From Candidatus Ratteibacteria bacterium (GTDB lineage Bacteria; Ratteibacteria; UBA8468; B48-G9; DTJG01): 64,000 nt of DNA. How positions within the stretch are numbered: position 1 is the first letter of the stretch; each line of letters opens with the position of its first letter. The DNA lies in assembly GCA_041656495.1 (NCBI GenBank), contig JBBADJ010000002.1, positions 1 to 64,000 of the forward strand, written 5' to 3'. A program made the translations under genes and the position numbers. Under the pieces are notes generated by a model. That model was not told where the DNA came from and did not search any database. It was given only the letters and a program-made list of their open reading frames with translations. Positions 8,121 to 18,759 of the stretch are shown in pieces.

Positions 8121-9366
8121 TGCCGTAAATAAGGTATTTATAGGTCGTGAGTTCTTCCAGCGCCATAGGACCGCGCGCATGAATTTTATCGGTACTAATC
8201 CCTATTTCCGCACCAAAGCCAAACTCGCCTCCATCGGTAAATCGCGTGGAAGCATTATGGTATACACAGGCAGAATCTACTTCATAAAGAAACTTTTTGG
8301 CAGAGGAAGAATCTGTGGTAACAATGGCATCAGAATGACGGGTACCATATCTGTTGATATGTGAGATTGCCTCTTCCACGCTTGAAACCACTTTAATAGA
8401 TAAAATAAGATCTAAATATTCCGATTCCCAATCAGAATCATCGGCTCTCTGCATAGAGGGAACAATTTCACGAGATATGGAACATCCGCGAAGCTGTACC
8501 CCTGCCTCCTGAAAGAGTCTCGCCATTTCCGGAAGGAACCGCGGCGCCGCGGAAGCATGAACAAGAAGCGTCTCCATGGCATTACAGGTTGCGGGCCTCT
8601 GAATTTTCGCGTTAAGACAGATTGCATACGCATCTTTAAAAACCGCAGAAGAATCTACAAAGATATGGCATACTCCTTTGTAATGTTTAATAACCGGAAT
8701 CCTGCTTAGTTTCACCACGGTCTGAATAAGAGATTCTCCGCCACGGGGAATCACAAGATCTACAGAGTCTGTTAAAGAGAGAAGATGACGAACCGCGGCA
8801 CGACTTCTAGAGCCAACCATTGAAACAGCATGAGGAGAAATTCCGGTATCTTCCAAGGCAGTCTGAACGCATGATGTTAAAGAACGGTTTGAAAAATAAG
8901 ATTCCCTGCCCCCGCGAAGAATTACGGCATTGCCGGATTTCAGGCAAAGAGAGGTTGCTTCAATGGTAACATCGGGACGAGATTCATAAATAATCGCAAT
9001 CACTCCAATCGGAACCCGCACCTTCTTAATAGAGAGGCCATTAGGACGTTTGATTTCTTTTAGAACCTCGCCTACTGGATCATTAAGATTGATTACCGTG
9101 GAAAGAGAATGAGAAAGTTTTTCTATGGCTTCAGGAGTAAGAGCAAGACGATCAAGAAATGCGGAAGTCGCCCCTTCTTCTTCGGCTCGGGTAAGATCTT
9201 TCTGATTTGCCGCAAGAATCTCCTCTTTACGGGATTTAAGTACCTCTGCAAGCCGTGCAAGGAAAGAGTTCTTTTGGTCTGTACTAAGAGAAGCAAGAGA
9301 AAGCGCCGCATCTTTTGCCTTCGCCGCCTCTTCTTCAAGACGGATATATTGTGAGTTCCTCTTCAT
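8101..9366 (-). CDS. proA: Gamma-glutamyl phosphate reductase
   Basis: 421 aa aldehyde dehydrogenase-family ProA pattern (LDRLALTPEAIE, IYESRPDV, catalytic Cys region GVCHIFVDS... / CNAMETLLVH). Confidence 0.85.
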   Translation of the reverse strand: MKRNSQYIRLEEEAAKAKDAALSLASLSTDQKNSFLARLAEVLKSRKEEILAANQKDLTRAEEEGATSAFLDRLALTPEAIEKLSHSLSTVINLNDPVGEVLKEIKRPNGLSIKKVRVPIGVIAIIYESRPDVTIEATSLCLKSGNAVILRGGRESYFSNRSLTSCVQTALEDTGISPHAVSMVGSRSRAAVRHLLSLTDSVDLVIPRGGESLIQTVVKLSRIPVIKHYKGVCHIFVDSSAVFKDAYAICLNAKIQRPATCNAMETLLVHASAAPRFLPEMARLFQEAGVQLRGCSISREIVPSMQRADDSDWESEYLDLILSIKVVSSVEEAISHINRYGTRHSDAIVTTDSSSAKKFLYEVDSACVYHNASTRFTDGGEFGFGAEIGISTDKIHARGPMALEELTTYKYLIYGNGQIRS

Positions 9367-9399
9367 ACGTCACCCTAAAGGTAAAGGGAAAAAAAATCG

Positions 9400-10248
9400 T
9401 TATTTTCGGCAGGAAACTTTCTTTGAAGGGTTCTTTTTTTCTTCTTTATCCAAAGAAAATAGGGTGCCGACCTTCTTTCCATTAAAAATTTCGCGAATAA
9501 CCCATGGTCTTTTTCCATTCGCGAGAACACAGGGTTTCCCCATTTCAAGAACCTCTTCAATCGCAGAGAGTTTTGTGCTCATTCCTCCGGTGCCTCCTTC
9601 GGAAGGACCTGCCTTGCATACGGTTTTCTTCAGTTCAGAAGAGATGGTGCGCACCTCGCATAAAAGACGGGCAGAACGGTCTGTACGAGGGTCAGTACAA
9701 TAAAAACCATCTACATTGGAAAGAAGTAGAAGCATATCTGCATTCAGAAGTTTTACAACCAATACAGATAAACTATCATTATCGCTGAACTTTCCCGATA
9801 TTTCTTCATCGGCAATAGCATCGTTTTCATTAATAATGGGAACAATACCGTATTGAAGGAGCGTCTCAAGCGTAAGGCGAGCGCTCGCCATGCGAATAGG
9901 ACTATCACAAATATCTCGGGTAAGAAGCATTTGTCCTACATTGCGGCCCTCTTCTCGAAAGATTCTCTCGTAAAAGCGCATAAGACGACTCTGTCCCACA
10001 CTGGCGGCCGCTTGAAGTTTTTCAATCTGGCGAGGTCTTCGTTTCCAGCCAAGGATATGCATACCCGCCCCAATCGCTCCAGAGGTTACAAGAACTACTT
10101 TTTTCTTCTTTTCCATCAGCCAGCAAAGCTGTTCGCCAAGATGTTCCATTATTGAAATATCAAGGCGATGGTCTGGTTCGGTAAGAACATTGGTGCCTAC
10201 CTTGATTACAACCCTTGAAACTTTCTTCATAATCTCTTTTCTATCCAT
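9400..10248 (-). CDS. proB: Glutamate 5-kinase (short form without a PUA domain)
   Basis: VIKVGTNVLT N-terminus and amino-acid kinase fold. It is adjacent to proA. Confidence 0.8.
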   Translation of the reverse strand: MDRKEIMKKVSRVVIKVGTNVLTEPDHRLDISIMEHLGEQLCWLMEKKKKVVLVTSGAIGAGMHILGWKRRPRQIEKLQAAASVGQSRLMRFYERIFREEGRNVGQMLLTRDICDSPIRMASARLTLETLLQYGIVPIINENDAIADEEISGKFSDNDSLSVLVVKLLNADMLLLLSNVDGFYCTDPRTDRSARLLCEVRTISSELKKTVCKAGPSEGGTGGMSTKLSAIEEVLEMGKPCVLANGKRPWVIREIFNGKKVGTLFSLDKEEKKNPSKKVSCRK

Positions 10249-11104
10249 TTTTTTTCAAACTCCGGCGTAATTGTGCCGCCTCGTCCAACAATTCCATCAG
10301 GGTACGGTTCTCACATCGCTCTACAAGATCTTCAAAAGAGGCGAGAGATTCCTTGAAAATACGGAGTGATGCAAGAAGGTTATCTCTGTTTAATAAAAAA
10401 ATATCGCTCCAGATCTCGCCAGCGCTGGCAGAGATACGGGTAGTATCAAGAAATCCTTTACCAATCGCTTTGTGAAAATCCGGATCGTCTGCAAGAGGCC
10501 GTAAACTCTTTCCAAGGGCAAATGCCACCAAATGGGGAAGATGGCTCGTATAAGCGACAAGAGTATCGTGTTTAGAAGCCTCTATCCAAACAATCTCTCC
10601 TCCAAGCGCCTTCCAGAAGGCCGCAATAGATTCCACAGATTCCGGAGAACTTTTTTCTGTTTTAGAAAGAAAGATCGTTTTTCCTTCAAAAAGATCTGCG
10701 GAAGCATATTCAAATCCAGTCTGTTCCGAACCCGCCATAGGATGCGCGCCCACAAAATTATGAGAAATACCGCTTGCTTTGTCCACCTCGGCAAGAATCT
10801 CTCTCTTTGTACTTCCAACATCAGTAAAGAAGGTATTGGGATTATAGCCGCAAAGAGAACGTACATACATCAGATTAGTGGAAACAGGCGCCGCCAATAT
10901 AAGAAGCTGGGCATCCGTAAGAGGCGAAGAAAATTCTTGTGTTCCTTGATCAATCGCACCAGAAGAAAGGGCTTTGCAAAGCGTGGACTCGCTCCGTGCC
11001 ATTCCATATACCCGGTCAGCAAGAGCCCGTTTCTGTATGGCAAGTCCGATAGAACCGCCAATAACTCCAAGTCCAATAATTCCTATTGAAGAAAAATGTT
11101 TCAT
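10241..11104 (-). CDS. tyrA: Prephenate/arogenate dehydrogenase
   Basis: N-terminal Rossmann motif IGIIGLGVIGGSIGLA and the TyrA-family core (HPMAGSE). Confidence 0.75.
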   Translation of the reverse strand: MKHFSSIGIIGLGVIGGSIGLAIQKRALADRVYGMARSESTLCKALSSGAIDQGTQEFSSPLTDAQLLILAAPVSTNLMYVRSLCGYNPNTFFTDVGSTKREILAEVDKASGISHNFVGAHPMAGSEQTGFEYASADLFEGKTIFLSKTEKSSPESVESIAAFWKALGGEIVWIEASKHDTLVAYTSHLPHLVAFALGKSLRPLADDPDFHKAIGKGFLDTTRISASAGEIWSDIFLLNRDNLLASLRIFKESLASFEDLVERCENRTLMELLDEAAQLRRSLKKNG

Positions 11105-11122
11105 ACTCGCTAAAAGAGGCGT

Positions 11123-11869
11123 CTACTCTTGAGGTTTCTGTTTTCCAAACATCTGAAAGAGTTCAAGAGGGATAGGAAAGACAAGAGTAGAGTTTTTCTC
11201 GCTCGCAATCTCTGCCGCAGTTTGAAGAAATCGGAGATGAAGCGCCATGGGTTGTTTAGCAAGTTCTCGCGCCGCGTTCACAAGGTTTTCACTTGCCTGA
11301 AATTCTCCTTCTGCATTAATCACTTTCGCTCTTCGTTCCCGTTCAACCTCTGCCTGCCGCGCCATCGCGCGTTTCATGGTTTCTGGGAGTTCAACCTCTT
11401 TAATCTCCACAATACTTACCTTGATTCCCCAAGGATCGGTCTGCTCATCAATAATCTGTTGCAATTTTCGGTTGATGGTCTCGCGTTCCGCGAGAATCTC
11501 ATCCAACAGAAGCTGACCCACTACTCCCCGCAAGGTTGTTTGCGCGATCTGCATGGTAGACATCTGGTAATTCTCTACTTCCACTACAGATTTTTGCGGA
11601 TCCATGACACGAAACCATACAACGGCATTTACCTTGATAGGAACATTATCTTTAGTCATCACTTCCTGCGGAGTTACATCAAAGGTTACTGTCCGCAAGG
11701 TAATTTTTACCATCCGTTCTATCATAGGGATAAGAAAGAAAAGTCCCGGGCCTCTCGCTCCAACAAGCCGTCCAAGCCGAAAGATAACACCACGCTCGTA
11801 TTCATTTACCACTTTGATAGAATTAGCAAGAACTATCACTACAATAATCACTACAGTTATCGGGAACAT
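11123..11869 (-). CDS. SPFH/band-7 (stomatin-like) membrane protein
   Basis: An N-terminal TM (FPITVVIIVVIVLANSIKVV) is followed by the SPFH domain (EYERGVIFRLGRL...) and a C-terminal coiled coil. Confidence 0.75.
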   Translation of the reverse strand: MFPITVVIIVVIVLANSIKVVNEYERGVIFRLGRLVGARGPGLFFLIPMIERMVKITLRTVTFDVTPQEVMTKDNVPIKVNAVVWFRVMDPQKSVVEVENYQMSTMQIAQTTLRGVVGQLLLDEILAERETINRKLQQIIDEQTDPWGIKVSIVEIKEVELPETMKRAMARQAEVERERRAKVINAEGEFQASENLVNAARELAKQPMALHLRFLQTAAEIASEKNSTLVFPIPLELFQMFGKQKPQE

Positions 11870-12029
11870 TTCCCCTCCCTGTATGTAAAAAAAAAATTCT
11901 GTTAATTTTCGGAAAAAAATCAATCAAAAAAGTGTACCGATAGCCTTATATCAGTCTGTAATAGTAATTGTTTTCAAAAATCGTGTCAACACAGAAGATA
12001 AGGAATAAAAGCACAGCCGGTATCCTTCT

Positions 12030-13415
12030 TTACTGTACAGGCTTTTCTTTTTCAAGCCATGACGCTATCGCGGATGCGGCCTTTTTTCCTGCGCCCATCG
12101 CACTAATAACAGTTGCGGCGCCCGTGGTAATATCGCCGCCCGCAAAAACACCTGGAATAGTAGTGGCTCCTGTTTCAGGGTCAGCGATAATAATGCCTCC
12201 TTTTCCAACTGAAAGATCGGGAATAGAGTTGGTAAGAATCGGGTTCGGTCTTTGACCAATAGCAACGATCGCGGTTCCAAACTGAAGAGTTTGTTCAGAA
12301 CCTTCAATAGGAACAGGACGGGCTCGTCCACTCTCGTCAGGTGCACCGAGTTTCATTGAAATAACATGAAGTCCTGTTAAATGTCCGGTTTGATCGCCCT
12401 CAAAAGCAAGAGGCTGAGTAAGAAAAGAGAAGAGGATCCCTTCTTCGCGGGCATTCTCAAATTCTTCCCGGCGTGCAGGCATTTCTTCTTCTGATCTTCG
12501 GTATACTACGGTAACCTCCGCGCCAAGACGGAGTGCAGAGCGGGCAGAATCAAGCGCAACGTTTCCGCCGCCAATCACCGCAACCTGTTTGCTTACCACG
12601 ATCGGAGTATCTGTTGCGGGAAAACGATAGGCCTTCATAAGGTTTACCCGAGTAAGAAATTCATTGGCAGAATAAACACCAAGAAGGTTTTCGCCGGGAA
12701 TTCCCATAAAAGTAGGAAGTCCCGCGCCCGCGCCAATAAAGAAGGCGTCATATCCCATTTCCTTCAAATCTTCAAGAGTTAGAGTCCTTCCAATAAGAAA
12801 ATCCGAACGTACTTCCACACCAAGGCTTTTTATGTATCCGATCTCTTCCCGAACAATCTTTTTTGGTAACCGAAATTCAGGAATGCCATAGGTAAGAACT
12901 CCGCCTGGTTCATGGAGAGATTCAAAAATAGTCACCGAAATACCAGAAACAGCTAGTTCAGAGGCACAGGTAAGACCCGCGGGACCGCTTCCGATAACCG
13001 CCACTTTCCATGGTTTGGAAGATGATTTTACGGGAAGAGATTTTTGGGTGCCTTTTTCAGAGTCAGCGGCAAAACGTTCAAGAAGCCCGATCGCTATCGG
13101 CTCGGATTTTCGTTTTAGAATACATTCTCCCTCACACTGCGTTTCCTGAGGACAGACCCGTCCGCAAATACCGGGAAGCGCATTTTTTTCTTTAATGGTT
13201 TTTAAGGCGCCAATAAAATCTCGTTTTGCAATTTTTGCAATAAAAGCCGGAATATCTATACCAACAGGACATCCAGCAACACATTTTGGTCGTTTGCACT
13301 GAAGACAACGTAGTGCTTCTGTTACCGCATCTTCTTCGGAAAGACCGGATGAAACCTCGTTAAAATTTTTTATGCGATCATCAACAGACTGCTTTAAGGG
13401 CTCCTTTCGTGCCAT
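12030..13415 (-). CDS. Glutamate synthase small-subunit-like (GltD/SudA family) NAD(P)H-dependent FAD/FeS oxidoreductase
   Basis: Cys cluster CLQCKRPKCVAGCPV...CGRVCPQETQCEGEC followed by two dinucleotide-binding motifs (VAVIGSGPAGL, VAVIGGGNVALD). Confidence 0.75.
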   Translation of the reverse strand: MARKEPLKQSVDDRIKNFNEVSSGLSEEDAVTEALRCLQCKRPKCVAGCPVGIDIPAFIAKIAKRDFIGALKTIKEKNALPGICGRVCPQETQCEGECILKRKSEPIAIGLLERFAADSEKGTQKSLPVKSSSKPWKVAVIGSGPAGLTCASELAVSGISVTIFESLHEPGGVLTYGIPEFRLPKKIVREEIGYIKSLGVEVRSDFLIGRTLTLEDLKEMGYDAFFIGAGAGLPTFMGIPGENLLGVYSANEFLTRVNLMKAYRFPATDTPIVVSKQVAVIGGGNVALDSARSALRLGAEVTVVYRRSEEEMPARREEFENAREEGILFSFLTQPLAFEGDQTGHLTGLHVISMKLGAPDESGRARPVPIEGSEQTLQFGTAIVAIGQRPNPILTNSIPDLSVGKGGIIIADPETGATTIPGVFAGGDITTGAATVISAMGAGKKAASAIASWLEKEKPVQ

Positions 13416-13548
13416 ACCTTATCTCCTCAGTAATATCATCGCCTGTTTTCACACGGTTCTCTTTTGTGTATATGGGGAATAAAAGCGTAATACGCGGTAA
13501 AAAGATATCATACCATGAATAAAGTGGAAGGAAAAAACTCTTTACTCT

Positions 13549-15174
13549 TTACAAGCGATCTTCCGGAGAAAGAAAGAAGGGATCTTCCGATGAAATGGTC
13601 TGATGCATCTTCCAAGCAATATCATCACGATCAGGATAGTCGCATCTAAAATGGGCTCCCCTGCTCTCGGTACGTCTGTATGCAAGAAAAGTCATAACCC
13701 TGCCAAGAAGAAGCATATTTTGAATTTCCCATCCAGCGATAGAATCAAAGGCTTTGGAAAAAGCATATTTCTGCCAGATGGAAAGACGTCGTTCTGCTTC
13801 CGCGAGTCCTTCGGCGCTACGTTCAATTCCTACATTTTTCCATAGAAGGCTCTTAATGGAACGTCTAAGATCTTCTGTATCTATCAGGATGCGTTTCTTT
13901 CCTTTCTGGAACGAGAATGCACATTCAATATCTTCTTTCTTGATAGTATCAATATGGCGGCATATTGTCTTTGCTGTTCTCGCTCCAAAAACAAGAGATT
14001 CCAGCAGAGAATTGGAAGCAAGACGGTTTGCGCCATGCACTCCGGTACATGCCGCTTCTCCGCATGCATACAGGTTTTCAAGAGAGCTTCGTCCATTGAT
14101 GTCTGTTCTGATTCCTCCCATACAATAGTGCGCGGCCGGCCGTACAGGAATCGGATCAGAGGCAATATCAATGCCATAATCAAGGCAGGTTCTGTAAATA
14201 AGTGGAAAGCGTTCTTTAAGAAAGATTTTATGGAGATGGCGCACATCAAGAAAAATGGTGTTGGTTCCAGTCTCTTTCATACGCGTTACCATTGCCCTGG
14301 AAACAATGTCACGAGGCGCAAGATCTTTACGAGGATGTATCTGTTCCATAAATGGAATCCCTGCTTTGTCGCGAAGGATTCCTCCCTCGCCGCGTACCGC
14401 CTCGGAGATCAGAAAACGAGGAGCGCCGGCAAGATAAAGAGTGGTGGGATGAAACTGGAAAAATTCAAGATCGGAAAGGATGCCGCCTTTCCGGAAAAAG
14501 GCAGATTGCGCATCGCCAATGATGCCGGCGGGATTGGTGGATTCTTGATAGATTGAGGATGCTCCGCCCGAAGCTAAAACAACGGTTTTTGCACGGATAG
14601 GAAGGAGACTTCCCGCGCGAAGATCAAAGAAGAGCGCTCCATATACAATACCTGAAACAGAGAGAAGATCCACTAAAAATAGGCGATCGGTAATTCTTAT
14701 TTCTTTCCGGGACGCTATCTTCGCAAGAAGAACCCTGACAAGCTCTTTTCCAATGGCATCGCCGTTGGCATGAAGAATTCTGTCAAAAGAATGGGCGGCT
14801 TCACGTGAAAAATGAACCTGACCGTCCTTCATATCAAACCGAGCGCCCCAACTAATAAGTTCCCGTACCCGCGCAATGCCTTCTTCTACCAAAATCTTCA
14901 CAGAATCTTGATTGTTAATACCGCATCCCGCTTCCATGGTGTCAAGAATATGGGATTGAAGAGAATCTCCTTCTGAAAGCGCTACGGCAATCCCTCCCTG
15001 CGCATGCCAAGAACTGCTGTCGTTCAGAGATCCTTTACAGGTTATAAGAACTCTTTGTCCTTCTAAACCCGCGGCAACCCGAAGCCCCGCCACACCCGCG
15101 CCTATCACAAGGCAATCAACCTCTTCCATCGGAAGGAGACGGGTGTCAAAGGTAAGAAGGTATTCGGAAATCAT
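13549..15174 (-). CDS. nadB: L-aspartate oxidase
   Basis: FAD-binding N-terminus DCLVIGAGVAGL, HAQGGIA, and the succinate dehydrogenase/fumarate reductase flavoprotein fold without the covalent-His motif. It is about 540 aa. Confidence 0.7.
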   Translation of the reverse strand: MISEYLLTFDTRLLPMEEVDCLVIGAGVAGLRVAAGLEGQRVLITCKGSLNDSSSWHAQGGIAVALSEGDSLQSHILDTMEAGCGINNQDSVKILVEEGIARVRELISWGARFDMKDGQVHFSREAAHSFDRILHANGDAIGKELVRVLLAKIASRKEIRITDRLFLVDLLSVSGIVYGALFFDLRAGSLLPIRAKTVVLASGGASSIYQESTNPAGIIGDAQSAFFRKGGILSDLEFFQFHPTTLYLAGAPRFLISEAVRGEGGILRDKAGIPFMEQIHPRKDLAPRDIVSRAMVTRMKETGTNTIFLDVRHLHKIFLKERFPLIYRTCLDYGIDIASDPIPVRPAAHYCMGGIRTDINGRSSLENLYACGEAACTGVHGANRLASNSLLESLVFGARTAKTICRHIDTIKKEDIECAFSFQKGKKRILIDTEDLRRSIKSLLWKNVGIERSAEGLAEAERRLSIWQKYAFSKAFDSIAGWEIQNMLLLGRVMTFLAYRRTESRGAHFRCDYPDRDDIAWKMHQTISSEDPFFLSPEDRL

Positions 15175-15671
15175 CGTCTTTTTTGTTGCAAAAGTTTTGC
15201 AATTTCTTCTTCCCAGGGAATACGTTCTTCCGGAGAAATATGGTCAATGATCAACGTTCCGTTCAGGTGATCTATTTCATGGAGAAAACAGCGCGCGAGA
15301 AGGCCTTTTGCTTCCCGTACTATTTTTTTGCCATTCGGACCAAATCCTTCAATAACAACCCGTGTAGGACGCGAAATAGAAAGATAAATCTCAGGAAAAC
15401 TTAAGCATCCTTCCATATCAATATCAGAGCCCTCCATCTCCACTATCACAGGATTGATAATCCTGTGAAGGCGTTTGCCCTCCCTGTCAGAGGCAAGAAA
15501 AAGACGAAGGGAAACTCCTATCTGGGGCGCCGCAAGACCTATGCCTCCCGAAGTATGAAGAGTCTTCTCCATCCCTTCAATTAATGAGCGAAGTTTTTTG
15601 CCGAACTCTTCTACCGGCGCAGAGACCTTTTGAAGAACCGGATTTCCATATAGGCGTATTTTCTGTGCCAT
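15171..15671 (-). CDS. def: Peptide deformylase
   Basis: Motifs GIGLAAPQIG, EGCLSFP and HEIDHLNG. Confidence 0.9.
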   Translation of the reverse strand: MAQKIRLYGNPVLQKVSAPVEEFGKKLRSLIEGMEKTLHTSGGIGLAAPQIGVSLRLFLASDREGKRLHRIINPVIVEMEGSDIDMEGCLSFPEIYLSISRPTRVVIEGFGPNGKKIVREAKGLLARCFLHEIDHLNGTLIIDHISPEERIPWEEEIAKLLQQKRR

Positions 15672-15673
15672 AG

Positions 15674-16966
15674 TTAAAAGTGCGGAAGGGAAATATCAAG
15701 CGCTTCACTAAGCACCTTAAGCGCGCAATACTTTCCACACATTGTACATACCTTGTCTGGAGGAATAGGATGAGAGGTTCTTAATTTTTTGAATCGTGCG
15801 GGATCCATAGAAAGACGTTCCTGTTCTTCCCAATCACGGATATATCGCGCCTTAGAAAAAGAGTCGTCCCAATCGCGCGCACCAGCTCGTCCTTTGGCAA
15901 TATCTGCCGCATGACCGGCAATACGGGAGGCAATTACTCCCTGTACCACGTCATCTATGCCTGGAAGCGTTAAATGTTCTGCGGGAGTAAGATAACAGAG
16001 AAAATCCGCTCCTGCCATTGCGGCCACCGCACCGCCAATAGCTCCTGTGATATGGTCATAACCAGGAGCCACATCAGTTACAATGGGACCTAAAAGGTAA
16101 AGGGGCGCTCCAGCACAGACGGTTTTGGCAAGACGAACATTCTCAGCCACCTGATGAAGCGGAATATGCCCCGGACCTTCAATAAATACCTGAACATCCT
16201 GTTCCGCGGCACGGCGAGCAAGTTCGCCGAGAGTTATTAGTTCTGACATCTGAAGCGTATCTGTCGCGTCTGCCACCGACCCGGGACGCAACCCATCTCC
16301 CAAACTTAAGACAAGATCATATTTTCGCGCTAATTCTAAAAGACGATCGTACTCTTCATATAAGGGATTTTCCTTGCCAGTAAGAAGCATCCAACTTAAA
16401 AGAAAGGCCCCTCCCCTGCTTACAATACCAGTAAGACGTTTACTCTTTTTTAAAAGGTCAAGCGTCTTTCGGGTTACACCGCAATGGACTGTTACAAAAG
16501 AGATGCCGTCCGCGGCATGTTTTTCAATCGTTTGAAAAAGGGTATCTGACGTCATAGGTCGGAATGAACCATGCGCCTCTATGGTTTCAACGATTGCCTG
16601 ATAGACAGGAACAGAGCCCACGGGAACCGTACTGGAAGAGATAATCTCCTTCCGGATATCGTTAAGGTCTCCACCGGTACTTAAATCCATTACCGCATCC
16701 GCGCCAGCATGGATGGCCGCACGTAATTTTTCCTTCTCATCGTTTAGATCGCAAAGATCGGGCGAGGTTCCAAGGTTCGCATTTACCTTTACGCGAGTAT
16801 GCGCGCCAATACCGCAAAAAAATTCTTTTCTATGGGAAAGAATGGTTAGAGTGCCGTCGGCAACAGAAGAAGCAAGAAGCTCTGGATCTGCCTGTTCCGC
16901 GAGAGCAATCTTTTCCACTGCCGGAGTTATGATACCTTGTTTTGCAAATTTTTTTTCTAAATGCAT
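15674..16966 (-). CDS. thiC: Phosphomethylpyrimidine synthase
   Basis: 430-aa ThiC of the anaerobe type, with a C-terminal [11 protein letters not shown] radical-SAM-like Cys motif. Confidence 0.85.
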   Translation of the reverse strand: MHLEKKFAKQGIITPAVEKIALAEQADPELLASSVADGTLTILSHRKEFFCGIGAHTRVKVNANLGTSPDLCDLNDEKEKLRAAIHAGADAVMDLSTGGDLNDIRKEIISSSTVPVGSVPVYQAIVETIEAHGSFRPMTSDTLFQTIEKHAADGISFVTVHCGVTRKTLDLLKKSKRLTGIVSRGGAFLLSWMLLTGKENPLYEEYDRLLELARKYDLVLSLGDGLRPGSVADATDTLQMSELITLGELARRAAEQDVQVFIEGPGHIPLHQVAENVRLAKTVCAGAPLYLLGPIVTDVAPGYDHITGAIGGAVAAMAGADFLCYLTPAEHLTLPGIDDVVQGVIASRIAGHAADIAKGRAGARDWDDSFSKARYIRDWEEQERLSMDPARFKKLRTSHPIPPDKVCTMCGKYCALKVLSEALDISLPHF

Positions 16967-18630
16967 GGCCGTTTCCTCAGTATGGCGCCGTCGGCTGCAG
17001 AAGAAACAAGCATTGCATACCGAGCAAGAACGCCTGAAATTTTTCTTTCTTTTGCATGAAATGAAGAAGCCCGCTCTTTCATCTCTTCATCGGAAACCTC
17101 AAGGGAGAGGGTTCTTTCGTCTAAGTTAATAGAAATAATATCTCCTTCCTTTACAAGACCAATAGGTCCTCCTGCGGCTGCTTCAGGACTAATATGACCT
17201 ATAGCAACACCTCTGGTTCCTCCGGAAAATCTTCCATCGGTCAATAATGCCACCTTCTCGCCCAAACCTTTACCGGAAAGTGCGGAAGTAACTGCAAGCA
17301 TCTCGCGCATACCTGGACCTCCGCGAGGTCCTTCATAACGGATAACCACCACATCTCCTTCATGGACATTCTCTGCCAAGATCGCTTCAAGACAGGATTC
17401 TTCTCCATCAAAGACGCGAGCAGGTCCTTTCAATGCAAATTTGCGGGAAGAAAGTGCGGACTGTTTTACCACTGCGCCGTCTGGCGCAAGGTTGCCTTTA
17501 AGAATCGCAATGCCGCCCTGATCCGACCAAGGGTTGGCAAAGGGACGAATCACTGTATCATCCCATACCTTTGCTCCGGATGTAATTTCTTTTACGGTTA
17601 ATCCTGATACAGTTGAAATATCAGTATGCAAAAGACCCTGTTCCGCAAGAACCTTCATTACACCGGGAATTCCTCCGGCTTTATCAAGATCCTCCATATG
17701 ATGAACTCCTGCGGGAGAGATCTTGCAAAGGTTAGGAGTGCGTTTGCTTACTTCATTAAAGTAATCAAGGGAAAGGGGAATCTCTGCCTCTGCGGCAATC
17801 GCAGGAAGGTGTAAGACTGTATTACTGGATGCGCCAATCGCCATATCTACGGTAATCGCATTTTCAAAGGCCTTCTGTGTTGCGATAGATCTAGGAGAAA
17901 TTCCTTCGGATATTAGAGAAACTATCCGCATACCCGCCTGTTTCGCAAGACGTTCGCGAGCGGCAAAAACCGCGGGAACAGTGCCATTACCAGGAAGTGC
18001 GAGTCCCAATGCTTCAAGAAGGCAGTTCATAGAGTTTGCGGTAAACATCCCTGAACAGGAACCACATCCCGGACAGGCGTAATCTTCAAAGAATGAAAGT
18101 TCTTCTTCAGAGATTTCTCCTGCAGATTTTTTGACGATCCCCTCAAAAACCGAGATAAGATCAACAGCTCCGGTAGCATAAGTAAAACCGGCAAGCATGG
18201 GACCGCCGCTACAAAGAATAGAAGGAATATTCAAACGTAAGGCCGCCATCGCCATGCCGGGAACAATCTTGTCGCAGTTGGGAATGAGTACTAAACCATC
18301 AAACATATGCGCCATTGCAACAGCTTCCACAGAATCTGCCACTAATTCGCGCGTTACAAGAGAATATTTCATCCCTTCATGTCCCATGGCAATGCCATCG
18401 CAAACTCCGATAGTGTTAAACTCAATCGGAGTACCGCCCGCTATTCTGATTCCTGTCTTTACTGCCGCCGCAATTCTTTGAAGCCCTATATGACCGGGAA
18501 CTATTTCATTCCAGGAATTTGCCACTCCCACTAAAGGACGAGAAAGTTCCTCATTGGTAAGACCAAGACTTTTGAAAAGGCTTCTGTGGGGAGTTCTAAG
18601 CAATCCTTTTTTTACCTGATCACTTCTCAT
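16957..18630 (-). CDS. ilvD: Dihydroxy-acid dehydratase
   Basis: 557 aa IlvD/EDD family ([14 protein letters not shown] motifs). Confidence 0.85.
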   Translation of the reverse strand: MRSDQVKKGLLRTPHRSLFKSLGLTNEELSRPLVGVANSWNEIVPGHIGLQRIAAAVKTGIRIAGGTPIEFNTIGVCDGIAMGHEGMKYSLVTRELVADSVEAVAMAHMFDGLVLIPNCDKIVPGMAMAALRLNIPSILCSGGPMLAGFTYATGAVDLISVFEGIVKKSAGEISEEELSFFEDYACPGCGSCSGMFTANSMNCLLEALGLALPGNGTVPAVFAARERLAKQAGMRIVSLISEGISPRSIATQKAFENAITVDMAIGASSNTVLHLPAIAAEAEIPLSLDYFNEVSKRTPNLCKISPAGVHHMEDLDKAGGIPGVMKVLAEQGLLHTDISTVSGLTVKEITSGAKVWDDTVIRPFANPWSDQGGIAILKGNLAPDGAVVKQSALSSRKFALKGPARVFDGEESCLEAILAENVHEGDVVVIRYEGPRGGPGMREMLAVTSALSGKGLGEKVALLTDGRFSGGTRGVAIGHISPEAAAGGPIGLVKEGDIISINLDERTLSLEVSDEEMKERASSFHAKERKISGVLARYAMLVSSAADGAILRKRPCI

Positions 18631-18759
18631 AGAAATATCCTCCTATCCCGAAGTAGCGGGGTTGTACAGTTTCTTTCTGCTCCTTTAATCCGCAGGCATT
18701 CTGAAAATTGCCATCTTAATAATGGCTCTATTCTTCAAAGAACCTTCTCCTATACCTAT